IMG/VR virus record: IMGVR_UViG_3300044825_000714
Span: 507 to 64,506 of that record
Length of the DNA: 64,000 nt
Direction: 5' to 3' (one strand)
DNA from: a virus
Lineage: Duplodnaviria > Caudoviricetes
Shown one piece after another: positions 27,234 to 35,310 of the stretch (positions within the stretch are counted from its first letter, which is position 1; every line of letters starts with the position of its first letter). The notes under the pieces were generated by a model that was not told the DNA's origin, made no database searches, and saw only the letters and a list, made by a program, of their open reading frames with translations. Position numbers and translations under genes: made by a program.

Positions 27234-29100
27234 ACGTCGCTCCTACTTTGGCTTCACACGCAACGGGAAGACCCGTGGCCCACGCTGGAGCCTTGGACAT
27301 GATGCCAGTTATAAATGCCTTGGCTTCATCAGCCTCGTCGGCAGGGGCAACGATCACAGCCGCGTCATGCACAGTCAGCGCCACGCGTAGCTTCTCGTTG
27401 ATCTCCACCATCTGCGTACCAACGATGATCCGGGCCAGCGCCTGCACCACGTTCTCTACGACAGTCCCACCCCAGATACTAACGGGGCCTTTGCGAGAGT
27501 CATAGACGATTTGGTTTTTGCCGTCTTTGTCTTCCCGACGCAGTCCTGGGTAGCGGATGCGTAGACCGTTGGGCAGGATGATTCCCTCGTTGTCGTAATG
27601 AACACACCCATGTTGACCCAGCGGCAGCGGGGCTTTGATCTTGGAGTTCATCATCGTGTCGAGCATGGAGTCACACTCGCCCCACAGATCGACCACCTTG
27701 TGGTTCTTGTCCCGGTACACGCCTACGATCCGCTTGGATTCCTCCAAGTCGAGCTTCACGCTCACCGGCTGAGATGTAGCCAGCGTCCCCTGTAACTTCG
27801 CCGCGCCAGTGCCGTAGCCCAGTCCAAGTACGCATGTCTTGCCCACGAACCGCTCGGTCTCGTCGGCCTTGGTGATGGTGCGCCCGTAGACGGACGATGC
27901 AAAGATGGAGTACACATCCTCTTTGTTGGCGAACTGTTTCACCACATCTTCCTGCCCCGCCCACCATGCCAGCACCCGCGCCTCGATCTGCGATGAGTCT
28001 GAGTTGATGACCACGTAGCCCTCGGGGGGCACGATGGCGCGCTTGAGCGCCTTTTTCTTTTTGTCACGGCTCGGCAGGTTCTGGAAGTTCACCTTGTCCG
28101 TGCCCGACCAGCGCCCGGTGTGTGCTCCATAGTACTTCAGGGGCACCGGAATCGCTCCCTTGTGCCGCCGTCCAATGTCCATGAACCGCTCGATGCGCTT
28201 CTCTTCCAGAGTGGACTTGGTTCCAAGGCGCACCGCGCAGAGTTGTTGGATGAACGGGTCTTCGTGTTCACACAGTGCGAGGAAGCCCTCGTCCTTCTTG
28301 GCCAGCGCCCATGTCTCTTTGCCCGTGGTGGGAGAGACTTTCTTGGGAGGCTCGATGTTCAGGTCCAGTAATACTTGAGCAAATTGCTTGTTGCTCGACA
28401 GCTTGGCGCGAACATCTTCTTCGGTAGCGCACTCCAGCTTCTGCATGAGCGAGGACAGTAGCTCAGACTTCTCTTGACGTAGCGCGATCAGTCGCTCCTC
28501 CAGCGCACCCTCGTCCACGTACAACTGCGGATGCGTAAACATACGCAGCGTCATGTCGATCAGCTTGAGTTCTTCGCCGGGGAAGTCCGCGATCATCCGC
28601 GTGAGCAGCTTGTAGGTCAGCGTCACGTCGTTCTTGCAGTACTCGCCGTACCGAGCGAGTTCATCAGGGGTGAAGTCCAGACGGCGCTTGTTGATGGCGT
28701 TAAGCACTTCGTCGCCCTTGGCTCCGATCTCGTAGCGTTCAGCCAGCTTCGCCAGTGAACCGCCTACCTCCACGCCGTGCAGCGCACGGGCCATGCACAG
28801 CGTATCAAGGTACGCCATGGGAGTAATCCCAAAATGCCAGTGCAGAATCGCCCCGTCGAACAGGGTGTTGTGCGCCAGCATGAGCGCGTTCTTCCAGTCG
28901 TATTTCAGAAGGAACTTGCGTATCTCTTCATGGGACCCTGAGAACCAAACTGGCTCACCGGGTGTAACTCCATCGTCCACCTGCACGGACACACCGATGA
29001 CCTCAAAGTTGGGGTCACGGATGTACTCCTCCGTCGTCTGGGTCTTGAAGCCCAGCCCCTTGTCGGTGTAGTAAGTCTCCATGTCTACTGTAATAATCAC
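27220..29100 (-). CDS. polA: Family A DNA polymerase with 3'-5' exonuclease
   Basis: VDMET, AHNTLFD, YCKNDV exonuclease motifs; HTGRWSG, NFQNLP, DSSQIEAR, GKTCVLGLGYG, TVHDA. Confidence 0.93.
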   Translation of the reverse strand: MIITVDMETYYTDKGLGFKTQTTEEYIRDPNFEVIGVSVQVDDGVTPGEPVWFSGSHEEIRKFLLKYDWKNALMLAHNTLFDGAILHWHFGITPMAYLDTLCMARALHGVEVGGSLAKLAERYEIGAKGDEVLNAINKRRLDFTPDELARYGEYCKNDVTLTYKLLTRMIADFPGEELKLIDMTLRMFTHPQLYVDEGALEERLIALRQEKSELLSSLMQKLECATEEDVRAKLSSNKQFAQVLLDLNIEPPKKVSPTTGKETWALAKKDEGFLALCEHEDPFIQQLCAVRLGTKSTLEEKRIERFMDIGRRHKGAIPVPLKYYGAHTGRWSGTDKVNFQNLPSRDKKKKALKRAIVPPEGYVVINSDSSQIEARVLAWWAGQEDVVKQFANKEDVYSIFASSVYGRTITKADETERFVGKTCVLGLGYGTGAAKLQGTLATSQPVSVKLDLEESKRIVGVYRDKNHKVVDLWGECDSMLDTMMNSKIKAPLPLGQHGCVHYDNEGIILPNGLRIRYPGLRREDKDGKNQIVYDSRKGPVSIWGGTVVENVVQALARIIVGTQMVEINEKLRVALTVHDAAVIVAPADEADEAKAFITGIMSKAPAWATGLPVACEAKVGATYGDV

Positions 29101-29122
29101 GCTTCATCTTCCCCGGAAAGGT

Positions 29123-29209
29123 GGGGGTACTCGCTGCGTCTGGGCGGGTTCTGATCCCCGCGATTCAACTGTTAGCTTTCGCCAACTTCTCAGCATCCGC
29201 TTTCCCCCC
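29123..29209 (-). ncRNA. Candidate structured RNA upstream of polA
   Basis: GGGGG/CCCCC closing stem, GAA/AGUA loop, hairpins GUUGGC-GAAA-GCUAAC and GCGGG-GAUCAGAA-CCCGC. Confidence 0.6.
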
Positions 29210-29214
29210 GAAAC

Positions 29215-29631
29215 TCAAACGCTCTTGGCGATCTCGCGCTCCAGATACCACTGAGCTTTCTTCAGGTTCTCAAGGCGGTTGCCTTTGTGGTCTGCGCGGG
29301 TCACGTACTTTACGACGTTGCCGAGGTGGTAGTTCAAGCTCTTGGCCTCGATGAAGTCGATGGTCTCGATGCCTCCGGTCTTATAGTGCGGCGGGTGGTT
29401 GACCATGTCGGGTGCGACGGGCGCAGGGGCAGGGGTCTCCGCGCTTTGCAGTCGAATCTTCGGCGTCCCATCGGGTCGCAGAAACTTGCTCACTGCTTGC
29501 TTCATCTTCGAACGGATCACGTACACGTACTGAGCTTTCACGCCGAACTTCGCTGCCACGTCTGCGGGCTTTGCGTCGGGGTGTGCGGCCAGATACGCAC
29601 GGATCTTTGCTGCATTGGATTTTTTAGCCAC
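29215..29631 (-). CDS. DUF3310 (T7 gp1.7-like nucleotide kinase domain) protein with N-terminal HTH
   Basis: DMVNHPPHY..GGIETID, GNVVKYVTRA..KG, LKKAQWYL. Confidence 0.85.
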   Translation of the reverse strand: MAKKSNAAKIRAYLAAHPDAKPADVAAKFGVKAQYVYVIRSKMKQAVSKFLRPDGTPKIRLQSAETPAPAPVAPDMVNHPPHYKTGGIETIDFIEAKSLNYHLGNVVKYVTRADHKGNRLENLKKAQWYLEREIAKSV

Positions 29632-29650
29632 GATGATTCTCCTTACTAAA

Positions 29651-29797
29651 TTAAAACGGGGCTGGTTGAATTGGGATTGGTTTGGACTGTTTCAAGTACT
29701 CACGGTGCATCCTTTCTAGAATCTTGGCGTCCACGCGAGTGAACGGCCAGAGTTCGTTTGGTTTGGGTAACGGCTTCTTGGGTTGTTTGGCTTTCAA
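29651..29797 (-). CDS. Hypothetical protein (48 aa)
   Basis: TTGA overlap with upstream stop; fills gap in operon. Confidence 0.45.
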   Translation of the reverse strand: MKAKQPKKPLPKPNELWPFTRVDAKILERMHREYLKQSKPIPIQPAPF

Positions 29798-30054
29798 AGT
29801 TTCTGTCCTGCCCGAGAAAAAATGTTGAACTCCCTGACGTTTATGCGGTTGGGTATCTTGGATGACTTCTCTGACATGCCGGGGAAGTGACTGATGTCCC
29901 TGCCCTTCTCGCGTTCGCGCTCGATGACCAGCGTCTGGCTCTGGGATAACTTTGCTCCCGCAGTAAACAGCGAGTCTCTTGCGAATACGGACGGACGCGG
30001 GTTGTGCTTCCAATGAAACGGGCTGTCCTCGTGGCACTTGCACTTGTATTTCAT
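29794..30054 (-). CDS. Hypothetical protein
   Basis: AGGAGA RBS; ATGA coupling. Confidence 0.55.
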   Translation of the reverse strand: MKYKCKCHEDSPFHWKHNPRPSVFARDSLFTAGAKLSQSQTLVIEREREKGRDISHFPGMSEKSSKIPNRINVREFNIFSRAGQKL

Positions 30055-30299
30055 TTTTTTCTCCTACCTTCAGGTTTTGGACAGTTCGGCGGCGGGATGA
30101 CGACACACCACACAGCGATGACGCGCTTGCCGTCCTTGACCCAGCGGTCGATGTACGCATCGGGCATGGACTTCAATATCCTGTAGATGTGCGGCAGGTT
30201 GCCGTAGTCAAACGCATCATCGATCTGTCTGGCGGTCAGGCCGTCGGGGTTGTTTCTTAAAAGCTCTCTTGTTTTGTTTATGCGGACATTGCTACCCAT
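30051..30299 (-). CDS. Winged-HTH-like small protein
   Basis: LLRNNPDGLTARQI, DAYIDRW, VWCVVIPPPNCPKP. Confidence 0.6.
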   Translation of the reverse strand: MGSNVRINKTRELLRNNPDGLTARQIDDAFDYGNLPHIYRILKSMPDAYIDRWVKDGKRVIAVWCVVIPPPNCPKPEGRRKK

Positions 30300-30454
30300 G
30301 CCACACCCACCCAACACGAAACAACGATGAACCAGAATTTGATGTTCGCCCAGATGTCAGGCCAATCGTCCGGGGCAATCAGCATGGTCAGGGGAATGGC
30401 TAACAGCATGATGACGGTGATGGCTAACAGAAACAGGATGATGGCGAGGGTCAT
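30278..30454 (-). CDS. Small membrane protein
   Basis: Two hydrophobic segments; ATGA coupling. Confidence 0.5.
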   Translation of the reverse strand: MTLAIILFLLAITVIMLLAIPLTMLIAPDDWPDIWANIKFWFIVVSCWVGVAWVAMSA

Positions 30455-30666
30455 TCTCCGTGCTCCAGACATTGATGCAAGCATTGCAGCTTTGCGAGTT
30501 CAAACATCCACACAGCATGCTCGTGCGTCACATGGGACGACAAAGAGCACAGCTTCTCATCCTCGTAGAACAACACCACACATGGCTGATCGTCTTCAAT
30601 ACGCTCCAGCGCATGGGCCAGCATGGCCTTGGCACCCCAGTTGTTTCTGATCTGCTCAACTTTCAT
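30451..30666 (-). CDS. Hypothetical protein
   Basis: ATGA-coupled on both sides. Confidence 0.55.
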   Translation of the reverse strand: MKVEQIRNNWGAKAMLAHALERIEDDQPCVVLFYEDEKLCSLSSHVTHEHAVWMFELAKLQCLHQCLEHGE

Positions 30667-30887
30667 TCCTGCCCCCTTGCGCGTATCTGTTTGGCACACC
30701 AGTTCGCTGCGTTCCATCCCGGCTCCTCACACACCTTCGCACACGCCTCGCGCTCGGCTGCGGCGACAAGGGCGGCGAAGCGTTCAAGTTCTTCCTGCGT
30801 GACCGTCCAAAAACCGTTATGCCATGCGTCCACCTTGTCGGTATCGCAAGCCTCCCGCGCCATGCGGATGATGTCGTCGCGGGTCAT
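30663..30887 (-). CDS. Hypothetical phage protein (EREACA family)
   Basis: MTRDDIIRMAREA...LERFAALVAAAEREACAKVCE...IRARGQE. Confidence 0.7.
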   Translation of the reverse strand: MTRDDIIRMAREACDTDKVDAWHNGFWTVTQEELERFAALVAAAEREACAKVCEEPGWNAANWCAKQIRARGQE

Positions 30888-31063
30888 GCGTTCTCCTTTT
30901 GTTCGCTGGCGTTCATCCACAGCACTCCTGCGGCCATCAGGCCTAGCAGCGCACAAACAAAGCGCCCGTCATCAGTCCAGTTTCCGGGATTGAGATCCCA
31001 CGCAATGAACCCGCACAGCAGGTACGCGAGCAGCGGGCCAGCCAGCACGATCAGATACTTCAT
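30884..31063 (-). CDS. Small two-TM membrane protein (59 aa)
   Basis: MKYLIVLAGPLLAYLLCGFIAW...; ATGA coupling at both ends; below ORF-track cut-off. Confidence 0.55.
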   Translation of the reverse strand: MKYLIVLAGPLLAYLLCGFIAWDLNPGNWTDDGRFVCALLGLMAAGVLWMNASEQKENA

Positions 31064-31269
31064 GCGTTCTTCTCCCGCAGCTTGGCTGCTTTTGGCTCAT
31101 GCGTACAAGCGTCTTCGTACTCCAGCACGTCTTGCATCTTGTAGCGGATCAATCCACCAATCTTCAGGTATCGACACCCTTGTTTCAGTGACCTGTCGCG
31201 CTCCAGTGTGGCTTCGCTGATCTTCCATCGGAAGGCCAACTCCTCTTGTGTCATCAGTTGCTCGCTCAT
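31060..31269 (-). CDS. MerR/excisionase-type HTH protein
   Basis: LMTQEELAFRWKISEATLERDR...YLKIGGLIRY. Confidence 0.8.
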   Translation of the reverse strand: MSEQLMTQEELAFRWKISEATLERDRSLKQGCRYLKIGGLIRYKMQDVLEYEDACTHEPKAAKLREKNA

Positions 31270-31388
31270 TGCGGATTCTCCTCATCGTCAAACGCCATAT
31301 CCGGGTGCGGTATGTCGTCATGCACGATCACACCATTGACGGCCTCGATGAATTTGCCACAGACCACGCAGTAGTAACCTTCATCCAT
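31266..31388 (-). CDS. Small CxxC/His protein (40 aa)
   Basis: MDEGYYCVVCGKFI...HDDIPH; GGAGAAG RBS. Confidence 0.45.
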   Translation of the reverse strand: MDEGYYCVVCGKFIEAVNGVIVHDDIPHPDMAFDDEENPQ

Positions 31389-31545
31389 TGTTCTTCTCCT
31401 CTTTGATCGGCTCACTCACAATGCGTCCACAAATCTTGCAGTCTTTGTGGAAGTAGCCGTTGTAAATCCAGCCGCTACGCGCCCCAAGGTGGCCCGTCTT
31501 TTCACAAAGCCACATACAAAATCTGTATAGCCACGGTTGATTCAT
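31381..31545 (-). CDS. Small zinc-binding-like protein
   Basis: LC...GH and CKICG. Confidence 0.5.
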   Translation of the reverse strand: MNQPWLYRFCMWLCEKTGHLGARSGWIYNGYFHKDCKICGRIVSEPIKEEKNNG

Positions 31546-31997
31546 GCGTTCTTCTCCCGCAGCCTGTCTTCGATGGCACGGGCAAACTGCAAATGCCAAT
31601 CCTCGCATCCATCAATGTCGTCTGACAGCTTGAAAATTTCCTCCTGCGTCAGCCCCACCCACTCGCGGCGCGGCGGGATGAATTCGCCAACCTCAATGCC
31701 TACGCCATAAACGGCACCCGGCTCCTGTTCCGGCTGCTTTGGCTTAAACCGTGGAATGCCGCCCGGAGTTCTCCATGTCGGCTCCTGCTTCGGCAGATGC
31801 CGCGCATCGCAGGCAACACAGCCAGCGCCAGCACAGTGGCTACACGTTCCATCCTGCTCCGCCAGCCGCTCGCGCAGGGCGGCGATGGCAACCCGCGACC
31901 GGGTGTTTGCCCCTCGGCGTGTGACCGAGTCATACGGGCCTTGGCACCACATCTCCAGCGTCTCCAGCGCCTGCTGCATCAATTCGCGGTCAGTCAT
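31542..31997 (-). CDS. Hypothetical modular protein
   Basis: Starts MTDRELMQQALE, ends FARAIEDRLREKNA. Confidence 0.65.
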   Translation of the reverse strand: MTDRELMQQALETLEMWCQGPYDSVTRRGANTRSRVAIAALRERLAEQDGTCSHCAGAGCVACDARHLPKQEPTWRTPGGIPRFKPKQPEQEPGAVYGVGIEVGEFIPPRREWVGLTQEEIFKLSDDIDGCEDWHLQFARAIEDRLREKNA

Positions 31998-32233
31998 GGA
32001 TACATCCTTTCGTGGCAACGGGCGCAATAGCCGTCTGCGCCGCGCTCGCAAACCGCGCTCTTTAAACATGATTGGGGCTGCGCCAGCCGATCGCGCAGGG
32101 CGGTGATAGCCTGTTCGACATCGTATTGCTCGTTTGCAAAGTCGAATCCAATTTCCTGACGGCACTCAGCCATCCCGTACTTTGCAGACTCCAGCGCCTC
32201 CAGCGCCTGCTGCATTAACTCTCTATCCGTCAT
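31994..32233 (-). CDS. Hypothetical modular protein
   Basis: Starts MTDRELMQQALE, same N-terminal module as neighbour. Confidence 0.6.
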   Translation of the reverse strand: MTDRELMQQALEALESAKYGMAECRQEIGFDFANEQYDVEQAITALRDRLAQPQSCLKSAVCERGADGYCARCHERMYP

Positions 32234-32553
32234 GTCCCCCTCCCCGATCTTTGGGCGCAGGGCCACGTTGACTTGAGAACGTGCAGCACCAGCAGGTCGG
32301 CAGACAAATGCCGTACCGCCGGGTTGCTTGTTAGGTAGTTGCGCACCATGTCCCGCACCTGCCCCGCTGTCACGCCCTCCGGCGCGCACTGAGAGACGTT
32401 GTGGTGTGCGTCGGCCACGCCCATGACGTAGCCGATGGCAGCATTCTGTTCACCCATCGTCCCACCCATGCGCGACAGCAGCGTGTTGCCATCCCAGAAC
32501 TCAGCGTGTGCAGAGACACTAAGCAGAGACAAACACAGGACAAGCGCTTTCAT
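32230..32553 (-). CDS. Rap1a/Tai-like exported immunity-family protein
   Basis: Signal peptide ending AHA; GNTL, GYVMGVAD, C.P..VT.GQ, YL..NP..RH, C-terminal WPC. Confidence 0.75.
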   Translation of the reverse strand: MKALVLCLSLLSVSAHAEFWDGNTLLSRMGGTMGEQNAAIGYVMGVADAHHNVSQCAPEGVTAGQVRDMVRNYLTSNPAVRHLSADLLVLHVLKSTWPCAQRSGRGT

Positions 32554-32996
32554 GTCTTCCTATCCTCCTGTTCCCATTCAGCCTTCTCGGCCTCATACCT
32601 ACGCATGAACTCGTCCCACGTGATGGGCGGTGGGGCTTCCATCTTCAAGCCCGGGTACTCGTACCAGCCAGCCAGAACAAGCTGAACGTATCTAGTCTCC
32701 AGCCCAAACGCTTCAGCTACGGTGTCCCACACGCCTTCCGCGCTTGCGGCAGTGCCTGCGCTGAAGATCGCGTCGATAGGGGAGTCATGTTCCGGCAGCT
32801 CGTTGAACATTCGCACCCATATGCCGCGCATGTCGTCACGCACATCTAGCCAGTCGCGGGGCCGCGCTGCGTCAAAGTACCGGTGCAAGGCGTCACCAAT
32901 GTCGAGGTTTTCGTCCTCTTCCCAGTAATACCCAACGTAGTCCAGCAACTGCTCGGGGGGTATCTCCCAATAATTTTCAACCATGTCCGGAATCAC
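32550..32996 (-). CDS. Acidic hypothetical protein
   Basis: Asp/Glu- and Trp/Tyr-rich; coupled to neighbours. Confidence 0.55.
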   Translation of the reverse strand: MIPDMVENYWEIPPEQLLDYVGYYWEEDENLDIGDALHRYFDAARPRDWLDVRDDMRGIWVRMFNELPEHDSPIDAIFSAGTAASAEGVWDTVAEAFGLETRYVQLVLAGWYEYPGLKMEAPPPITWDEFMRRYEAEKAEWEQEDRKT

Positions 32997-33208
32997 TTCA
33001 CCCTCCGCATCTCACGCGGCTCCCATTGCGTGTCGGGGATATATTCCTTCTCAGGGGGAGGTGGGGTCATAGTTGCGCTGGGCGGGGTCCAGCCAAACCT
33101 ACGCCATGTGGCTTGCACATCAGCGCCACGCTGATACCTGAAGTCCGGGTGGGTGACATGGGTCGTCGGCTCCACGCGGGTCTGTTCACGCTTTCCACTG
33201 TTCTTCAT
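32993..33208 (-). CDS. Hypothetical protein
   Basis: FRY...ADVQATWRRFGWTPPS motif. Confidence 0.6.
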   Translation of the reverse strand: MKNSGKREQTRVEPTTHVTHPDFRYQRGADVQATWRRFGWTPPSATMTPPPPEKEYIPDTQWEPREMRRVK

Positions 33209-33503
33209 TTGACAATCTCCATTGAAGATACTGATTCAAATACTCAAGGTTGTGTTCATCAATCAACAGCGCCACGCCCCCCGCATGCTTGATTTGCGCC
33301 AAGTTCGATATCTGCAACTTGGTGGGCTTGCCGCCGTTGGCCTTGCACTCGATGCCAAAGAAAGTGCCGCGATAACAAGCGAGGATGTCAGGCACCCCCG
33401 CGTTACCGAACCCCGAGGCGACGGGCATTGTGTAATATGCTCCCGCCGTCTTCAAGATGTCAATCACTTTCTTCTTGACCTTGCGCTCTGGGGTGTCAGC
33501 CAT
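33186..33503 (-). CDS. VRR-NUC nuclease
   Basis: TPE..VK, GVPDI, FFGIECKA, PTKLQ, AGGVA. Confidence 0.88.
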   Translation of the reverse strand: MADTPERKVKKKVIDILKTAGAYYTMPVASGFGNAGVPDILACYRGTFFGIECKANGGKPTKLQISNLAQIKHAGGVALLIDEHNLEYLNQYLQWRLSNEEQWKA

Positions 33504-33861
33504 CGCCTGCTCCTTTGAGATACATGTCTTCTAGACATTTATTGCTCAACACCAAGATGTACATCTTGTCGTTTATACGCCAGCCGACCTCTGATTGTTT
33601 CGGATCAGGCGGTACGTAAACAGCGACCACTTGTACTCCTTCTTGATACGGCACGTAAGGGAACGCGTTGACCATCGTCACACCAGCTTTGACTTCTTTC
33701 GGTACTGTTTTGTCGTTGAAGTAACGATGTACGTTCTCCGACACGCACACTGTGTATGAGTCAGGTTCAACCCACACGGGGGTGCGATAGTACGCATCAA
33801 GCGTCGGGTGACGAATAGGTACAAACGATGAGCGGTTGATCATGTCGATGACAACACTCAT
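33496..33861 (-). CDS. Hypothetical protein
   Basis: Coupled ORF in early operon. Confidence 0.55.
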   Translation of the reverse strand: MSVVIDMINRSSFVPIRHPTLDAYYRTPVWVEPDSYTVCVSENVHRYFNDKTVPKEVKAGVTMVNAFPYVPYQEGVQVVAVYVPPDPKQSEVGWRINDKMYILVLSNKCLEDMYLKGAGDG

Positions 33862-34811
33862 GCCCGCTCCGGCAGCAGCGCCCACAGCATCGTGTCACCA
33901 GCGTAGCCCGTCGCCACTTCGATCTCGTTGTAGTAATGATCTCTGCGCGGCAGACCAAAGTCATTGCTCTCGTCATACCTACCTGCCTGCCCCTGCATGT
34001 ACGTGCGAATGATCGCCGCGTCCGTCTCCAGCCCGGTGCCGTCCAGAGATGTATAACGCTTCACCTCACCCTGAAGCTCTACCGTATGGTCGTTGCGACG
34101 CCCGTTGCTTTCGAACTTCACCTTGCCGATGAAGTAGTGCGTCTTGCCCGTAGCATGCTCAAATAGTCCAACTGCCGTGCAGCCACGCTCAAACAGCTTG
34201 ATCGACGCAGTAGCCTCCTCGTAGGTCTCCCGCTCCTTCATGAACTGCGCATAGGCGCGCTGCGCATCCATGCGGAGCATCTCGGGAAACGCTATCCCCT
34301 CAAGTACGGAACGCGCAACCGAGTCCACCATGTCATGCTCGATAACAAGTTTGGGCTTCGGGTGCCGCTCCATTCTGGCCTGCACACGGTGCATCGCGTA
34401 ACCTAATGCGCGCGCTTCGTGTTCGAACGCGTTCGCGTCAGTGATCATCTCTTTCTTCATGCGCAGTACTTTGATCAAGTCTTTGATCTTGTTGGCCGCA
34501 CGGGCGTTCCGGTCAGAGCGCGCATCGCTTCTGCTTTTCTTGACCGCGCGTGAGACATACTTGAAGTACCACTCCTTCTCGCCCACGCTGTACTCGTAGG
34601 CATACATCAGACGACCAGCCACCCAGCCATTGGGCGTGATCAGCCACACGTCGTTTATCGAGGGAGCCGCGCGCTGCACGACATCTGCCTTCAGGTTGAA
34701 GGCAGCGCACATATCAAACACACCACGCTTGAAGGCAGGGGCGCTGCCGTCAAGTGCTGCGGTCAACGACGCAAGGTCGGTGTACGGGGAACAGATGCTC
34801 TCGATGTTCAT
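33858..34811 (-). CDS. Hypothetical protein (317 aa)
   Basis: GGAGAAAG RBS; long ORF with phage-like codon use. Confidence 0.7.
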   Translation of the reverse strand: MNIESICSPYTDLASLTAALDGSAPAFKRGVFDMCAAFNLKADVVQRAAPSINDVWLITPNGWVAGRLMYAYEYSVGEKEWYFKYVSRAVKKSRSDARSDRNARAANKIKDLIKVLRMKKEMITDANAFEHEARALGYAMHRVQARMERHPKPKLVIEHDMVDSVARSVLEGIAFPEMLRMDAQRAYAQFMKERETYEEATASIKLFERGCTAVGLFEHATGKTHYFIGKVKFESNGRRNDHTVELQGEVKRYTSLDGTGLETDAAIIRTYMQGQAGRYDESNDFGLPRRDHYYNEIEVATGYAGDTMLWALLPERA

Positions 34812-34945
34812 TTACTTTCTCCGGTTAGTTTCTCTTCCAACGCGCGATCACGCTCGCAATCGCGCTGCTCTTCGGCTTGCTGCCACAAAATCTCTTCGGC
34901 TTCATCCCATGTGAAGCCCTCATCCATCAGGTCTTGCCTCCTCAT
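34808..34945 (-). CDS. Small acidic protein (45 aa)
   Basis: ATGA coupling at both ends. Confidence 0.45.
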   Translation of the reverse strand: MRRQDLMDEGFTWDEAEEILWQQAEEQRDCERDRALEEKLTGESK

Positions 34946-35310
34946 TTCAATTCCTCCGGCACGTCTACCTCGTCACCGAGTTGGCTTGCCACATAGCAGC
35001 GCATCGCTGCGATTAGGACGGTCGGCCCATCCATGCAGAACGTCCGGTTCAAGCCCCCGAGACTTGGCTTTCGTGCGCCGTACTGGTGGGCCTTGTCAGA
35101 AGCGGGTAGCCATTGCCACTCGATCTTTTCACGCTCAATGATCGGGCCGCCTTGTGCCCAGTCGTCAGAGAAGTGGAACATAGGCTCAATGAAGTCGTGA
35201 TACAGCAGCACAAACTGCTCTGCGTCTTCAAAACAGATCTCGTCGTTCATACCCTCACACTTCGCCACCGCCCAATCAAGGGCGGCCCCGGTCAGTTCAC
35301 TTGTCTTCAT
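34942..35310 (-). CDS. NinX-like (DUF2591) protein
   Basis: ELTGAALDWAVA, DWAQGGPIIERE, IAAMRCYVAS.LG. Confidence 0.8.
   Translation of the reverse strand: MKTSELTGAALDWAVAKCEGMNDEICFEDAEQFVLLYHDFIEPMFHFSDDWAQGGPIIEREKIEWQWLPASDKAHQYGARKPSLGGLNRTFCMDGPTVLIAAMRCYVASQLGDEVDVPEELK

Noticed and set aside
31060-31269. Excisionase implying an integration module
   Set aside because: No integrase or att-like context in the window; this HTH family is also common as a stand-alone regulator
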